Part shown: one piece after another, positions 42,274 through 52,534 of the stretch
Numbering within the stretch: the stretch's first letter is position 1
How the letters are laid out: every line of letters begins with the position of its first letter
Assembly: GCA_963737065.1 (NCBI GenBank)
Contig: CAVTRC010000001.1
Location: 1,696,001-1,760,000 of the forward strand
Source: Candidatus Eremiobacteria bacterium
Lineage (GTDB): Bacteria; Vulcanimicrobiota; Vulcanimicrobiia; Vulcanimicrobiales; Vulcanimicrobiaceae
DNA length: 64,000 nt
Reading direction: 5' to 3'
Notes under the pieces: generated by a model
What the model was told of the DNA's origin: nothing
Databases searched by the model: none
What the model saw: the letters and a program-made list of their open reading frames with translations, nothing else
Translations under genes and position numbers: made by a program

Positions 42274-42959
42274 CACTAGCCGTAACGCGTAGCGAAGTGC
42301 CGCCCGGCCTGGTTGCGATCCCCGTGCGAACGCGTCTCGTGCGTCCGAACGATGATTTCGTGTCGCTCGTTGCCGAGTGCGTGCGCGGCATTGCGCGTGA
42401 AGGCGACGTGCTTGCCGTTTCGGAGACCGCGGTCGCGATCGCGCAAGGTGAATTCGTCCCGGCCGAATACATTCGTCCCTCGATGCTTGCGCTTGCGCTC
42501 TCACGACGCGCCGGCGCGCTCGCAACGATCAATCAACCGGAGTCGTTGCAACTCGTCATCGACGAAGTTGGCCCGTGGAAGGTCGTGTATGCAGCGCTGA
42601 TGCACGTGCTCGCGCGCGTGCGCGGTAGACGCGGTGCGTTTTACGAAATCATGGGCGATGCAATCACGGCGCTCGACGGATACACCGGTACGCTGCCGCC
42701 GTACGAACGTGCGATCGTCTTTGCGCCGCGCGAGCCCGACGCGTTCAGCGAAGCGGTGTTCGAGCGGGCGGGCGTCGGATGCGCGGTCGTCGATGCAAAC
42801 GACTTGGAGAAAGCCAAGGTTCTCGGTGCGTCGCGCGGCGTGAACCGCCAGACCGTCGAACGGGCGCTGCTCGACAATCCACACGGCAACGGCGACGAGC
42901 AAACGCCGATCGTCGTGCTGAAGTGGCGGGCGGAGGGAGCGAATCCGCTGTGGATCTGA
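42270..42959 (+). CDS. CofE/F420-0 gamma-glutamyl-ligase-like protein of unknown function
   Basis: IPVRTRLV, DVLAVSETAVAIAQG, VVDANDL, DNPHGNGDEQTPIVV. Confidence 0.7.
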   Translation: MTLAVTRSEVPPGLVAIPVRTRLVRPNDDFVSLVAECVRGIAREGDVLAVSETAVAIAQGEFVPAEYIRPSMLALALSRRAGALATINQPESLQLVIDEVGPWKVVYAALMHVLARVRGRRGAFYEIMGDAITALDGYTGTLPPYERAIVFAPREPDAFSEAVFERAGVGCAVVDANDLEKAKVLGASRGVNRQTVERALLDNPHGNGDEQTPIVVLKWRAEGANPLWI

Positions 42960-43912
42960 CGTTCGTCGTGACGCGCGTGCCGGCGGGGTTTGCAATCGTC
43001 GCGCTCGGCGGCCTCGTCGTGTTGCCGCTGCTGCGCGGCTTGCAATTCAAGCAGCACGCGTACGAAGACGCACCGGAAACACATCAGAAGAAAAGCGGTA
43101 CGCCGACGATGGGCGGTGTGCTTTTCGCGCTTGCGATGCTGCCGATGCTCGCGAGTCACGAGGTGCCGTTCGAAGCGGCGCTTTTTACGCTCGTCGTGCT
43201 GTGCGCGCTCATCGGATTCATCGACGACTTTCTGGGCGTCACGCGCGGACGAAACCGCGGCCTCACGGCGCGTACGAAGTTTCTTGCCACGGCGCTCGTC
43301 GCAATCATCTTCTTACGCGCAATTACCGATTCGTACGGGTTCTTTCCGCGCGACGTCATTTTCCATGCCGGGGCGCTCGTGTTGAGCGTTCCCCATTGGC
43401 TGTGGATCGTGCTCGGCATTATCGCGATCACCGGAACGATTCACGCCGTCAACCTGACCGACGGTCTCGATGGGTTAGCGACGGGAACGATCCTGCCGCC
43501 GTTGATCGTGCTTGCGGCAATCGGCATCGCGCTCCCCATGGCGGCGCCTGCGGAAGCCGCGCTCCTCGGTATCGGCGCGTGCCTCGGATTTCTTTTATAC
43601 AATCGGCATCCCGCAAAAATGTTCATGGGCGATACGGGATCGCTCGCGCTCGGAGGGTTGCTCTCCGGGATCGCGATCGTCGAAGGCGAGATGCTGCTGT
43701 TGATTCTTATCGGCGGCGTTTTCGTTGCCGAAGCGCTTTCCGTAATTCTCCAGGTGTGGTACTTCAAGGCGACGGGCGGCAAACGGATCTTCCGCATGTC
43801 GCCGCTGCACCATCACTTCGAACTCGGCGGTTTACCGGAAACCGCCGTCACGTTTCGATTTTGGGCGGCCTCGCTCGTTCTCTCGCTGCTTGGATGGGTT
43901 CTCGTTCGATGA
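42950..43912 (+). CDS. mraY: Phospho-N-acetylmuramoyl-pentapeptide transferase
   Basis: KSGTPTMGG, IGFIDD, NLTDGLDGL, FMGDTG, PLHHHFE. Confidence 0.97.
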   Translation: MDLTFVVTRVPAGFAIVALGGLVVLPLLRGLQFKQHAYEDAPETHQKKSGTPTMGGVLFALAMLPMLASHEVPFEAALFTLVVLCALIGFIDDFLGVTRGRNRGLTARTKFLATALVAIIFLRAITDSYGFFPRDVIFHAGALVLSVPHWLWIVLGIIAITGTIHAVNLTDGLDGLATGTILPPLIVLAAIGIALPMAAPAEAALLGIGACLGFLLYNRHPAKMFMGDTGSLALGGLLSGIAIVEGEMLLLILIGGVFVAEALSVILQVWYFKATGGKRIFRMSPLHHHFELGGLPETAVTFRFWAASLVLSLLGWVLVR

Positions 43913-45303
43913 TGAGCTTTGATGCGCGTGAAACGGCATTGGTAATCGGGCTCGGAAAGAGTGGCCTTGCATGCGTCGACGTGCTACGCGCGCGCGGCGC
44001 AACGGTCTTTGGCACCGATGAAAAGCCATTAACGGAACTGCAACCCGCCATTGCAGCCATCGAATCGGCAGGTGCAACATTCGTTGCGCCCGCCGCGCTA
44101 CCGTCGGCCGTCACGCGCATCACGTCGGCCGTGCTTTCGCCCGGCGTGCCCTTGACATCGCCGCTCGTGCGCGCCGTTCAGCGCAAAAACGTTCCGGTCG
44201 TCGGTGAAATCGAGCTAGCGTACCGGTTGTGCAAAGCGCCGATCATCGCGGTTACGGGAACCAAAGGCAAATCCACGACCACCGCGCTCATCGGGCACCT
44301 GCTGCGCGAGTGCGGCAAAAGCGTGCGCGTGGGTGGAAATATCGGCAACCCGCTCATCAACGAAGTGCTCGACGTTACACCGGACGACTGGGTCGTGGCG
44401 GAAGTGTCGTCGTTCCAGCTCGAGACGATTCGCTCGTTCAAACCGCGCGTGGCGGTGCTGCTCAACATCGCGCCCGACCACCTCGATCGCTACTACTCGA
44501 TGGACGAGTACGCCGAAGCAAAGTTTCGCATCTTCGCAAATCAATCGTCTGACGATTTCTTCGTCGGCAATCTCGATGACGAACGCATCGCGACGCTCGA
44601 AACGGATGCGGGCGAGCCGCGCATGTCGTCGCGGCAGCTTTGGTTCACGCTGCACGACCGTCACGACCGCGCAACGATTTACGTGCACAACGAGTACGTG
44701 ACATACGCGCCGATCGCCGGCGATCCCCGCCCCGTCTCGGTGATCGCGACGAGCGATATTCCGCTCGCAGGTTCGCACAACGTCCAGAACGTGATGGCGG
44801 CGCTGCTTGCTGCATTCGCGGTGGGCTGCGACGCCGCGCAGTTACGTGAAGCGATCAAGACGTTTCGTCCGATGCCGCATCGGCTGCAAGCCGTCGCGGA
44901 AATCGACGGCGTGCTCTACGTCGACGATTCGAAATCGACGAACCCGGGTTCGGTCGTGGCGGCCTTGCGGGCGTACGAGCGGCCCGCGATTTTGATTGCG
45001 GGCGGCAGATCGAAGGGAACGGATTTTGTCGAACTCGGCGTCGCCGTTCGTCAGCGCGCAAAAACCCTCATCGTCATCGGCGAAGCGGCCGACGAGATCG
45101 CGCAGCATGCGCGCGGCGTTCCGACGCTCCACGCCGCGTCGATGGAAGAGGCCGTCGCAAAGGCGCGCGAAACGGCGGCATCGGGTGACGTCGTGTTGTT
45201 GTCGCCCGGCTGCGCGTCGTTCGACATGTTCCGCTCCGCCGAGCATCGCGGCGAAACGTTCGTCGCCGCGGTCGAAGCACTGAGAGAGACGGCCGGTGCT
45301 TAG
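43909..45303 (+). CDS. murD: MurD ligase
   Basis: GLGKSG, GTKGKSTT, EVSSFQL, DDSKSTN, LLSPGCASFD. Confidence 0.96.
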   Translation: MMSFDARETALVIGLGKSGLACVDVLRARGATVFGTDEKPLTELQPAIAAIESAGATFVAPAALPSAVTRITSAVLSPGVPLTSPLVRAVQRKNVPVVGEIELAYRLCKAPIIAVTGTKGKSTTTALIGHLLRECGKSVRVGGNIGNPLINEVLDVTPDDWVVAEVSSFQLETIRSFKPRVAVLLNIAPDHLDRYYSMDEYAEAKFRIFANQSSDDFFVGNLDDERIATLETDAGEPRMSSRQLWFTLHDRHDRATIYVHNEYVTYAPIAGDPRPVSVIATSDIPLAGSHNVQNVMAALLAAFAVGCDAAQLREAIKTFRPMPHRLQAVAEIDGVLYVDDSKSTNPGSVVAALRAYERPAILIAGGRSKGTDFVELGVAVRQRAKTLIVIGEAADEIAQHARGVPTLHAASMEEAVAKARETAASGDVVLLSPGCASFDMFRSAEHRGETFVAAVEALRETAGA

Positions 45304-46480
45304 ACAGGCGTCCGGCGCAGCGCGTCTCGCCGAACGGCCGCGATACGACACGCGCGAACACGCGAGTTTGCGTTCGTATGTTGCGATGCCGCCCGATACG
45401 TTACTCTTTGCCGCGGTTGCGGCCCTCGTGGGCATTGGGCTCGTGATGATATTCTCGGCGTCGAGTGCGACAGCGTATGCGGAGCACCATGATGTCGCGT
45501 TTTATTTGAAACGGCAGTTGCTGTGGCTCGTTGCGGGATTAGTCTGCGCGTATTTTGCCTACCGGATCGACTACCATCGGTTGAAACGGGCTGCGCCGTA
45601 CCTTTTGCTCGGCGCAATCTTGGCGCTCGTTGCCGTGTTGGTGCCGCACGTCGGTATGGTCGTCAACGGCGCGCGCCGGTGGATCGGTATATCCGCGGTC
45701 AGCTTTCAGCCGTCGGAGTTCGCGAAGCTCGCAATGATCGTCTATCTCTCGGCAATGCTTGCGAACCGCGGTGACCGGATCACGTCGCTCGCGAAGGGTC
45801 TCTTTCCGCTGTGCATTCCGGTGTTCTTGATGGCGGTACTCGTGCTGAAAGAGCCGGACATGGGGACGGCGAGTTTGCTGATCCTCATTTCGTTCGCAAT
45901 GTTTTTTGCCGCCGGCGCGCGCGTGCCGCATATGGCGGCGATTGCGCTCGCAACCGTACCGCCCGCGCTGATAACGATCGTCACGAACCAGTATCAGCGT
46001 GCGCGCGTTTTCGCGTTCATCAATCCCTGGCGCGATCCGCAAAACACCGGCTTCCACATCGTGCAGTCGCTGCTCGCGCTCGGAAGCGGCGGCTTGATCG
46101 GCGTCGGCTTGGGCGCATCGCGCGCGAAATTTTTCTACCTCCCCGAACAGTACACGGACTTCATCTTCTCGGTCATCGGCGAGGAACTCGGATTGATGGG
46201 CACGATCGCGGTCGTCGTCCTCTTTCTCGTCTTCGCGTATCGCGCGGTGAAGATTGCGATTGCGGCGCCCGACCGCATGGGGTTCTTTCTTGCGATCGGT
46301 TCGATGGCGTGCATCACGATCCAGGCGTTTATCAATATCGGCGTCGTCACGTCATCGTGGCCGGTGACCGGCGTACCGTTACCGTTCATCTCGTTCGGCG
46401 GAAGCTCGTTGATCGTCAATCTCGTTGCCGTCGCATTCATCATGAACGTCGGGCGCCATCGCCGGCTCTCGCGCCCGTGA
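45296..46480 (+). CDS. ftsW: SEDS protein FtsW
   Basis: GARRWI, QPSEFAK, TDFIF, PFISFGGSS. Confidence 0.95.
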   Translation: MLRQASGAARLAERPRYDTREHASLRSYVAMPPDTLLFAAVAALVGIGLVMIFSASSATAYAEHHDVAFYLKRQLLWLVAGLVCAYFAYRIDYHRLKRAAPYLLLGAILALVAVLVPHVGMVVNGARRWIGISAVSFQPSEFAKLAMIVYLSAMLANRGDRITSLAKGLFPLCIPVFLMAVLVLKEPDMGTASLLILISFAMFFAAGARVPHMAAIALATVPPALITIVTNQYQRARVFAFINPWRDPQNTGFHIVQSLLALGSGGLIGVGLGASRAKFFYLPEQYTDFIFSVIGEELGLMGTIAVVVLFLVFAYRAVKIAIAAPDRMGFFLAIGSMACITIQAFINIGVVTSSWPVTGVPLPFISFGGSSLIVNLVAVAFIMNVGRHRRLSRP

Positions 46481-47574
46481 ACGTCGTCTTCACCGGAGGT
46501 GGAACCGGCGGACACCTCTACCCGGCGATTGCCGTGGCCGACGCGCTTCGCGCGCGCGATGCAAACATTACGTTCATCGGTGCGAAGGACCGGTTGGAAG
46601 CAAAAATCGTGCCGCAAGCCGGATACCGGCTGATCACGGTCGCAAGCGGTCCGCTCGTGCGAAGTTCCGCAGAGCGTATGGTGCGTTCCGGATTCTCGAA
46701 CCTGATCGGCATCTTTCAGTCCGCGCGCGCGCTCGCGCGCATCGAGCCGGATATTATCATCGCGACCGGCGGGTACGTCTGCTTTCCGGTCGTTCTCGCG
46801 GCCGCGCTCTTGCGCAGGCATCCCATTGCGTTGCTCGAGCCGAACGCGCATCCCGGATTGACGAATCGCGTCTTGTCGCCGATCGTCGACGAAGTGTGGG
46901 GCTCGTTCTCGCAAGCCGATAAGCATTTCAACGGGAAGTACGTGCACACGGGAATTCCGGTTCGCGCCGGGTTGCGTGTATTGCCGCTGCGTGAAGACGC
47001 CGTTGCGCGTCTGGGCTTGTCGGCATCGCGCCGCACGATTCTCGCGCTGGGCGGAAGTCAAGGCGCGCGATCGATCAACGATGCTTTGTCATCGCTCGTC
47101 AAAGCGAACGGATTGCCCGAGGGCTGGCAACTCATTCACGTGACCGGCGAAAAAGAATACGACCGGGTTCGCCGCGCCGTCAACGGGACGCACGCGGCGA
47201 CGGCCGTGCGTCCCTATCTGGACGATATGGCCGACGCATATGCGGCTGCCGATCTTGTGCTTGCGCGAGCGGGTGCATCGACGCTCGGCGAGTTGACGGC
47301 AACCGGAAAACCCGCGGTGCTCGTGCCGTATCCGTACGCAGCAGACGATCATCAGCACGCAAACGCCGAAATGGTCGTGCGCGCGGGAGCCGCCGTTGTC
47401 GTCGACGATCACGAACTGCTCGCCGGAAAATTGCGCGCGATCCTTGCCGACGTTACGCAGCCCAGCCGCCTCGAAGGCCTGACGGCCGCAGCCGAGCGCG
47501 CGCGTGCTCTTGACCCGGTCGCGTCGATTCTCGCCCGGGTCGACGCATTGACGCCGAGAAAGACAAGCCCATGA
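46477..47574 (+). CDS. murG: MurG glycosyltransferase
   Basis: GGGTGGHLYP, GGSQGA, RAGAST, HQHANA. Confidence 0.96.
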   Translation: MNVVFTGGGTGGHLYPAIAVADALRARDANITFIGAKDRLEAKIVPQAGYRLITVASGPLVRSSAERMVRSGFSNLIGIFQSARALARIEPDIIIATGGYVCFPVVLAAALLRRHPIALLEPNAHPGLTNRVLSPIVDEVWGSFSQADKHFNGKYVHTGIPVRAGLRVLPLREDAVARLGLSASRRTILALGGSQGARSINDALSSLVKANGLPEGWQLIHVTGEKEYDRVRRAVNGTHAATAVRPYLDDMADAYAAADLVLARAGASTLGELTATGKPAVLVPYPYAADDHQHANAEMVVRAGAAVVVDDHELLAGKLRAILADVTQPSRLEGLTAAAERARALDPVASILARVDALTPRKTSP

Positions 47575-48965
47575 GTACGCGCGAGCGCGAGGGGGAAAAG
47601 GTGCACTTCGTGGGGGTGGGCGGCATCGGAATGAGCGCGATCGCGCGAATTTTGCTTGCGCGCGGCGCGCGGGTCACTGGTTCGGACGTAAAGGAAACCC
47701 CGCTGACCGCGCGCCTTCGCGATGAAGGCGTCAATGTCACGATCGGTCACGATGCTGCAAACCTCGACGGGGCCGAAACGGTCATCGTCAGCTCGGCGAT
47801 CGACCGGCGCAATCCCGAATACGTCGGCGCACAACGTGCCGGCGTGCCGATTCTTCACCGCGGCGAGATGCTGGCGCGATTACTGCGCGAACGGTGCGGC
47901 ATCGCGGTCTGCGGGACGCACGGGAAGACGACGACGACGGCGATGATGCACGCGGCGCTGCGTGCCGGTGGTGTTGACGCGAGTTTGGTCCTTGGCGGCA
48001 TCGACGGTGTGCTCGGAACCAACGCGCACGATGGACGTTCGGAGTGGTTCGTCACCGAAGCGGACGAATCGGACGGTTCGTTCGTATTGCTCGATCCTGC
48101 GATCGCGATCGTGACAAACATCGAAAACGATCATTTGCAAAGCGACGATGAACTGCCCCAGCTCGTGCGCGCGTTTGACGAATTTCTCGGGAAATTGCCG
48201 CGCGACGGTACAGCCGTGATCGGCGTCGACGATCCGCTCGCCGCATCGCTCGAGGAACGCCCACGCGCGGCGAAGACGATTACGTTCGGGTTCGCCCCCC
48301 GCGCGAGCGTTCGCGCGATGAACGTTCGTTGCGAAGGACTCGGCATGAGCTTCGATGTTGTCGCCGGCGGCGTGTGTCTGGGCACGATCGAGCTCACCGT
48401 GCCGGGCGCCATTAACGTCCAGAATGCGCTCGCCGCAATCGCGGCGGCGCGCGAACTCGAGATTCCCTTCGCGCAGATCGCGGAGGGTATGCGCGCGTTT
48501 CGCGGCGTTCGCCGCCGCTTTGAGATTCTGACGCGCAGCGATCGGATGATCGTCGTCGACGATTACGCGCATCATCCAACCGCCGTACGCGCGACGATCG
48601 CCGCTGCGCGCCAGTATCATGGCGGTCCCGTCCTCGTCGCGTTTCAGCCGCACCGCTACTCGCGAACGGCGTACCTTGCGCGCGATTTCGCCGATGCGCT
48701 GCGCGGCGCCGACCACGTGTATCTCGCGCCCGTCTATGCCGCGTCGGAAGCGCCGATTCCGGGCGTCAGCGAACGTTCCATCGGCGAACCGCTTACATCG
48801 GGTGGCGTGCGCGTCAGCTATGCCTCGCATGTCGACGAGCTTGCGGAGCGGATCTTCGATGAAGCGCCGCGCGGCGCGCTCGTGTTGATGCTCGGCGCCG
48901 GGAACATCACGGACGTCGCATTTCGCTTAGCGGCTCGCGTCGAGCAGCATCCCGTACGGGCGTGA
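47571..48965 (+). CDS. murC: MurC ligase
   Basis: GVGGIGMS, GTHGKTTT, EADESD, DDYAHHP, FQPHRYSR. Confidence 0.97.
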   Translation: MSTREREGEKVHFVGVGGIGMSAIARILLARGARVTGSDVKETPLTARLRDEGVNVTIGHDAANLDGAETVIVSSAIDRRNPEYVGAQRAGVPILHRGEMLARLLRERCGIAVCGTHGKTTTTAMMHAALRAGGVDASLVLGGIDGVLGTNAHDGRSEWFVTEADESDGSFVLLDPAIAIVTNIENDHLQSDDELPQLVRAFDEFLGKLPRDGTAVIGVDDPLAASLEERPRAAKTITFGFAPRASVRAMNVRCEGLGMSFDVVAGGVCLGTIELTVPGAINVQNALAAIAAARELEIPFAQIAEGMRAFRGVRRRFEILTRSDRMIVVDDYAHHPTAVRATIAAARQYHGGPVLVAFQPHRYSRTAYLARDFADALRGADHVYLAPVYAASEAPIPGVSERSIGEPLTSGGVRVSYASHVDELAERIFDEAPRGALVLMLGAGNITDVAFRLAARVEQHPVRA

Positions 48966-49918
48966 GTTTGACGACCGGTAAAGCCGTTGCATCGTTGCTG
49001 CGCGACGACGATCGCGCCGTGCTTCGCGATATCTTCGGTGAACGCGTGCGTTTCGACGAGCCGCTCGGAACGTTCACGTCGTGGAGAATCGGCGGACCGG
49101 CCGATGCCTTTGCGGTCGTGGAGCGCGAGGAAGAACTGGCGGCCGCGATGCGCCTCTGTTTCAAACGGCGCCTTCCGTGGTTCGTCATCGGTAGCGGCAG
49201 CAACGTGCTCGTCGGCGATGGCGGCATGCGCGGAATCGTCGTGCGTTTGGGTGGTGCGTTCGCGGAAATCAACGCGCGCGTCGATGCAGATGAGATCATC
49301 GTGGACGCCGGCGCGTCCGCCGGCATGGCGGCCGTTACCGCGAAAGCGGCGACCCTCGGCGGGGTCGGGATCGGTTCCCTCGCCGGAATCCCGGGGACGG
49401 TTGGCGGATCGTTGCGCATGAATGCGGGCACCGATCGCGAGATGGGCGATTTCGTGCGTAACGTGTGGGTCCAATCACCGGTAAAGCCTGATCCGCATGC
49501 GATCAGCGTGCAGTATTTCTATCGTCACACGACGCTCGCGCGCGATGCGGTCGTTTCGCGGGTGACGCTGGCGTTCGAACGCGGCGATCCGAAGACCGTG
49601 CGGGAGGAGATGCAGGCGCGCTTGGTGCGCCGCAAGAGCTCGCAGCCGATCGCGCTGCCGAATGCCGGTTCGTGTTTTCGCAATCCTGAAGGCGACAAGG
49701 CGGCGCGGTTGATCGAAGCCGCCGGCGCTAAGGGATGGCGGGTCGGCGGCGCGGAAGTCTCGCCCCTGCACGCGAACTTCATCAACAATCTCGGCGGTGC
49801 AACCGCGCGCGACGTCGCTACGCTCTTGGCACGCGTACGACGCGCGGTGCACGAGCAATTCGGCGTCGAACTACAGCTGGAAGTGCATCTAGTCGGCGTG
49901 TTTATCGATGAGACGTAG
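48962..49918 (+). CDS. murB: MurB reductase
   Basis: IGGPAD, GSGSN, GIPGTVGG, AGSCFRNP, HANF. Confidence 0.95.
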   Translation: MSLTTGKAVASLLRDDDRAVLRDIFGERVRFDEPLGTFTSWRIGGPADAFAVVEREEELAAAMRLCFKRRLPWFVIGSGSNVLVGDGGMRGIVVRLGGAFAEINARVDADEIIVDAGASAGMAAVTAKAATLGGVGIGSLAGIPGTVGGSLRMNAGTDREMGDFVRNVWVQSPVKPDPHAISVQYFYRHTTLARDAVVSRVTLAFERGDPKTVREEMQARLVRRKSSQPIALPNAGSCFRNPEGDKAARLIEAAGAKGWRVGGAEVSPLHANFINNLGGATARDVATLLARVRRAVHEQFGVELQLEVHLVGVFIDET

Positions 49919-49934
49919 TTAGGGTCACCCTAAA

Positions 49935-50876
49935 ATGACAAAAAGAAACGCGAAAGTCGCCGTCGTCATGGGCGGAAGCAGCACGGAACGCGAGGTTTCG
50001 ATCCAAACGGGGTCGGGCGTGATGCGTGCATTGCAGTCGCTCGGCTACGAAGCGCAGTCTTTCGACTATGATCGCCGGTTCTTAGATGCCGTTCGCGATA
50101 TCGCGCCCGACGTCGTGTTCATAGCGTTGCACGGGCCGGGCGGCGAAGACGGTCATATCCAAGCGCTGCTCGATTTTCTCGGCATCCCGTATCAGGGCAG
50201 CGGCGTCGAAGCATCCGCGCTCGCGATGGACAAGCACATGACGAAGAAGCTGCTTGCCGCCGAAGGGTTACCGACCGCTGCATGGGATCTCTTCGATCTC
50301 TCCGGCGGAACGCTGCCGCTGCTTCCGGGTTCGCTCGATCTCCCGCTCGTCATCAAGCCGCGCTTCGAAGGCAGTGCGCTCGGCGTCAATATCGTGAAGA
50401 CACACGAGCAATGGACGAGCGCAATGCTGACCGCGGCAAAGACGTTCTCGCAAATCATGGCCGAGGAGTATATCGAAGGCCGCGAGTTTACGGTCGGCAT
50501 TCTGGGTGAAGAAGCGCTTCCGGTGATTGAAATCGTGCCGAACGGCGACGAATTCTATACCTACGATGCAAAATACGCGCAAGGCGGAAGCACGCACATC
50601 ATTCCCGCAAAGATCGACGAAGATCTCGCAGCCCGTCTGCAAATGCTTGCGCTCTCGACGCATCGACTGCTCGGCTTACGCGACTGTTCGCGAACCGATT
50701 TCATCGTGAGCAAAGAAGGCCGTCCGCAGATTCTCGAAGTGAACACGCTGCCCGGCCTGACCGCGACGAGTCTTTTACCCGACGCATGCGCGTCGATCGG
50801 CATTTCGTACGAAGCATTGATCGAACGCCTCATCGGCTACGCGCTCGCACGCGCCGAAGTCCGCGACGTCGCCTAA
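49935..50876 (+). CDS. ddl: D-alanine--D-alanine ligase
   Basis: GGSSTEREVS, LHGPGGEDG, YDAKY, LEVNTLPG. Confidence 0.96.
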   Translation: MTKRNAKVAVVMGGSSTEREVSIQTGSGVMRALQSLGYEAQSFDYDRRFLDAVRDIAPDVVFIALHGPGGEDGHIQALLDFLGIPYQGSGVEASALAMDKHMTKKLLAAEGLPTAAWDLFDLSGGTLPLLPGSLDLPLVIKPRFEGSALGVNIVKTHEQWTSAMLTAAKTFSQIMAEEYIEGREFTVGILGEEALPVIEIVPNGDEFYTYDAKYAQGGSTHIIPAKIDEDLAARLQMLALSTHRLLGLRDCSRTDFIVSKEGRPQILEVNTLPGLTATSLLPDACASIGISYEALIERLIGYALARAEVRDVA

Positions 50877-50936
50877 CGCGCGACACCGGAAACGCAATCC
50901 GCCGTAGCGAACCGGCGGACGTGGAGGGTTTCCGTC

Positions 50937-52325
50937 ATGCATCTTCCGGATCCATTCGATTGCCGCTGTCCGCACGGCGGGTTTTCCGACCGCCTGTTTT
51001 ACCAAGCGAAGATCGCACTAAGTCGGCGTTCGTTCATCCTCGGCGCCGCTGCCGCAGGAATTGCGTCAATGCTGCCGTGGCGCGCGCGTGCGTCGGACGC
51101 CGTAACGGTGCTCAAAGCGGCGCGGCTTTTCGACGGCAAGAAGCTGCAGGCGCCTGGCGTGCTCGTTATTCAAGGCGGACGCATCGTATCGATGAACGCG
51201 GGCGATGCGAGCGTCGACGCGCACGTCGTCGATCTCGGCGATGCAACGCTCATGCCGGGGCTCGTCGATTGTCACACGCACGTAGCGGGCTGGGTCGTGC
51301 CGTCGCATTACCTCGCGGCGCCCGGCCGCACGAGCGACAATCCTGAAGAACTTGCGATCTACGGGCTGAAGAACGCGCATGCAATGCTCGCTAACGGATT
51401 CACGACGTTACGCGACGTGGGCGGCGGCTGGGGAATCGATCTTGCGGTTCGCGACGCCATCAATGAAGGTACGGTGATCGGTCCTTCGATCTTTGCGGCG
51501 GGCCCGGCGCTGTCGATTACCGGCGGACACGGCGATTCCAACGATCTACCGGATTTCGTGCACGAAGACGCACCGATCGAATCGGGGGTCTCGTACGGGC
51601 CGTACGGGTTCCGCGAAAAAGTTCGCGAACACGTGAAGCGCCACGTTGATCTCGTGAAGATTCTTGCGACGGGCGGCGTACTGAGTTACGGCGACGTGTG
51701 GGACGTTCCGCAATTGAATCTCGATGAGATTCAAGCGGTCGTGGACGAATCGACCAAATTCGGGCGCAAAGTCGCGGCGCATTGTCACGGTGATAAAGGC
51801 ATTTCAATCGCCGTCGAGGGCGGCGTGCACTCTGTCGAGCATTGCACCGGCGTCAGCGACGCGACGCTGAAGAAAATGGAGCAGCGAAAAACGAGTCTCG
51901 TGCCGACGATCTGGGCGCTCGATTCAATTCTCGTGCCCGGCAATCCGAATCACATTCCGCCCGGTTCCGTGGAGAAAGCAGAATACGCCGCAAAGGTGCG
52001 CAACGAAGGCATGCAACGCGCGCTCGCATCGAGCGTCACGATCGCGTACGGGACCGACGCGGGCGTCTTCGCGCACAAAGAGAACAACAAAGACTTCGCG
52101 TTATTGCAACGCATGGGCATGCATCCGATCGACGTGCTGCGCTCGGCGACGTCAACGGCTGCGGAGTTGATCGGCCTGAACGATCGCGGCGTACTCGCGA
52201 GCGGCAAACGCGCGGACGTCGTCGCGTTCAACGGCGACCCATCGAGGAACATCGCCATTCTGGAGTCGCAGCCTCGATTCGTTATGGTGGGCGGCAAGCG
52301 CATCGACCCTAACCTGTTGGTCTAG
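50937..52325 (+). CDS. Tat-exported amidohydrolase (prolidase-like)
   Basis: SRRSFILG Tat motif, PGLVDCHTH, KILATGG, AHCHG, EH, GTDAG. Confidence 0.85.
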   Translation: MHLPDPFDCRCPHGGFSDRLFYQAKIALSRRSFILGAAAAGIASMLPWRARASDAVTVLKAARLFDGKKLQAPGVLVIQGGRIVSMNAGDASVDAHVVDLGDATLMPGLVDCHTHVAGWVVPSHYLAAPGRTSDNPEELAIYGLKNAHAMLANGFTTLRDVGGGWGIDLAVRDAINEGTVIGPSIFAAGPALSITGGHGDSNDLPDFVHEDAPIESGVSYGPYGFREKVREHVKRHVDLVKILATGGVLSYGDVWDVPQLNLDEIQAVVDESTKFGRKVAAHCHGDKGISIAVEGGVHSVEHCTGVSDATLKKMEQRKTSLVPTIWALDSILVPGNPNHIPPGSVEKAEYAAKVRNEGMQRALASSVTIAYGTDAGVFAHKENNKDFALLQRMGMHPIDVLRSATSTAAELIGLNDRGVLASGKRADVVAFNGDPSRNIAILESQPRFVMVGGKRIDPNLLV

Positions 52326-52534
52326 CGCCTGCTGGTGGGAGCGAGGATACGCGGGAATGCTCGTGCGTTCGCTAGCCGAGGGTACCTTTGCAACGCCGAG
52401 CAGACGATGCGGCATATGAATCTCAATAATGCGTGCCTCGTGTTGGTGTGAAGCGCTCGGTTTTGCGCATCGCGCGGATGTAGCAATGTGTCGCGTTTCG
52501 CGTGCCGGGGAAAGACCGCGTACGGAGGTGCATC

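Noticed and set aside
43201..43908. Long N-terminal extensions of murD, and likewise murG, hisA and the 3109 ORF, suggesting fusions
   Set aside because: Extensions overlap upstream genes in another frame; true starts are at the coupled stop/start junctions
52326..52534. Possible small ORF or RNA upstream of the CBS gene
   Set aside because: No convincing RBS, motif or stable structure seen
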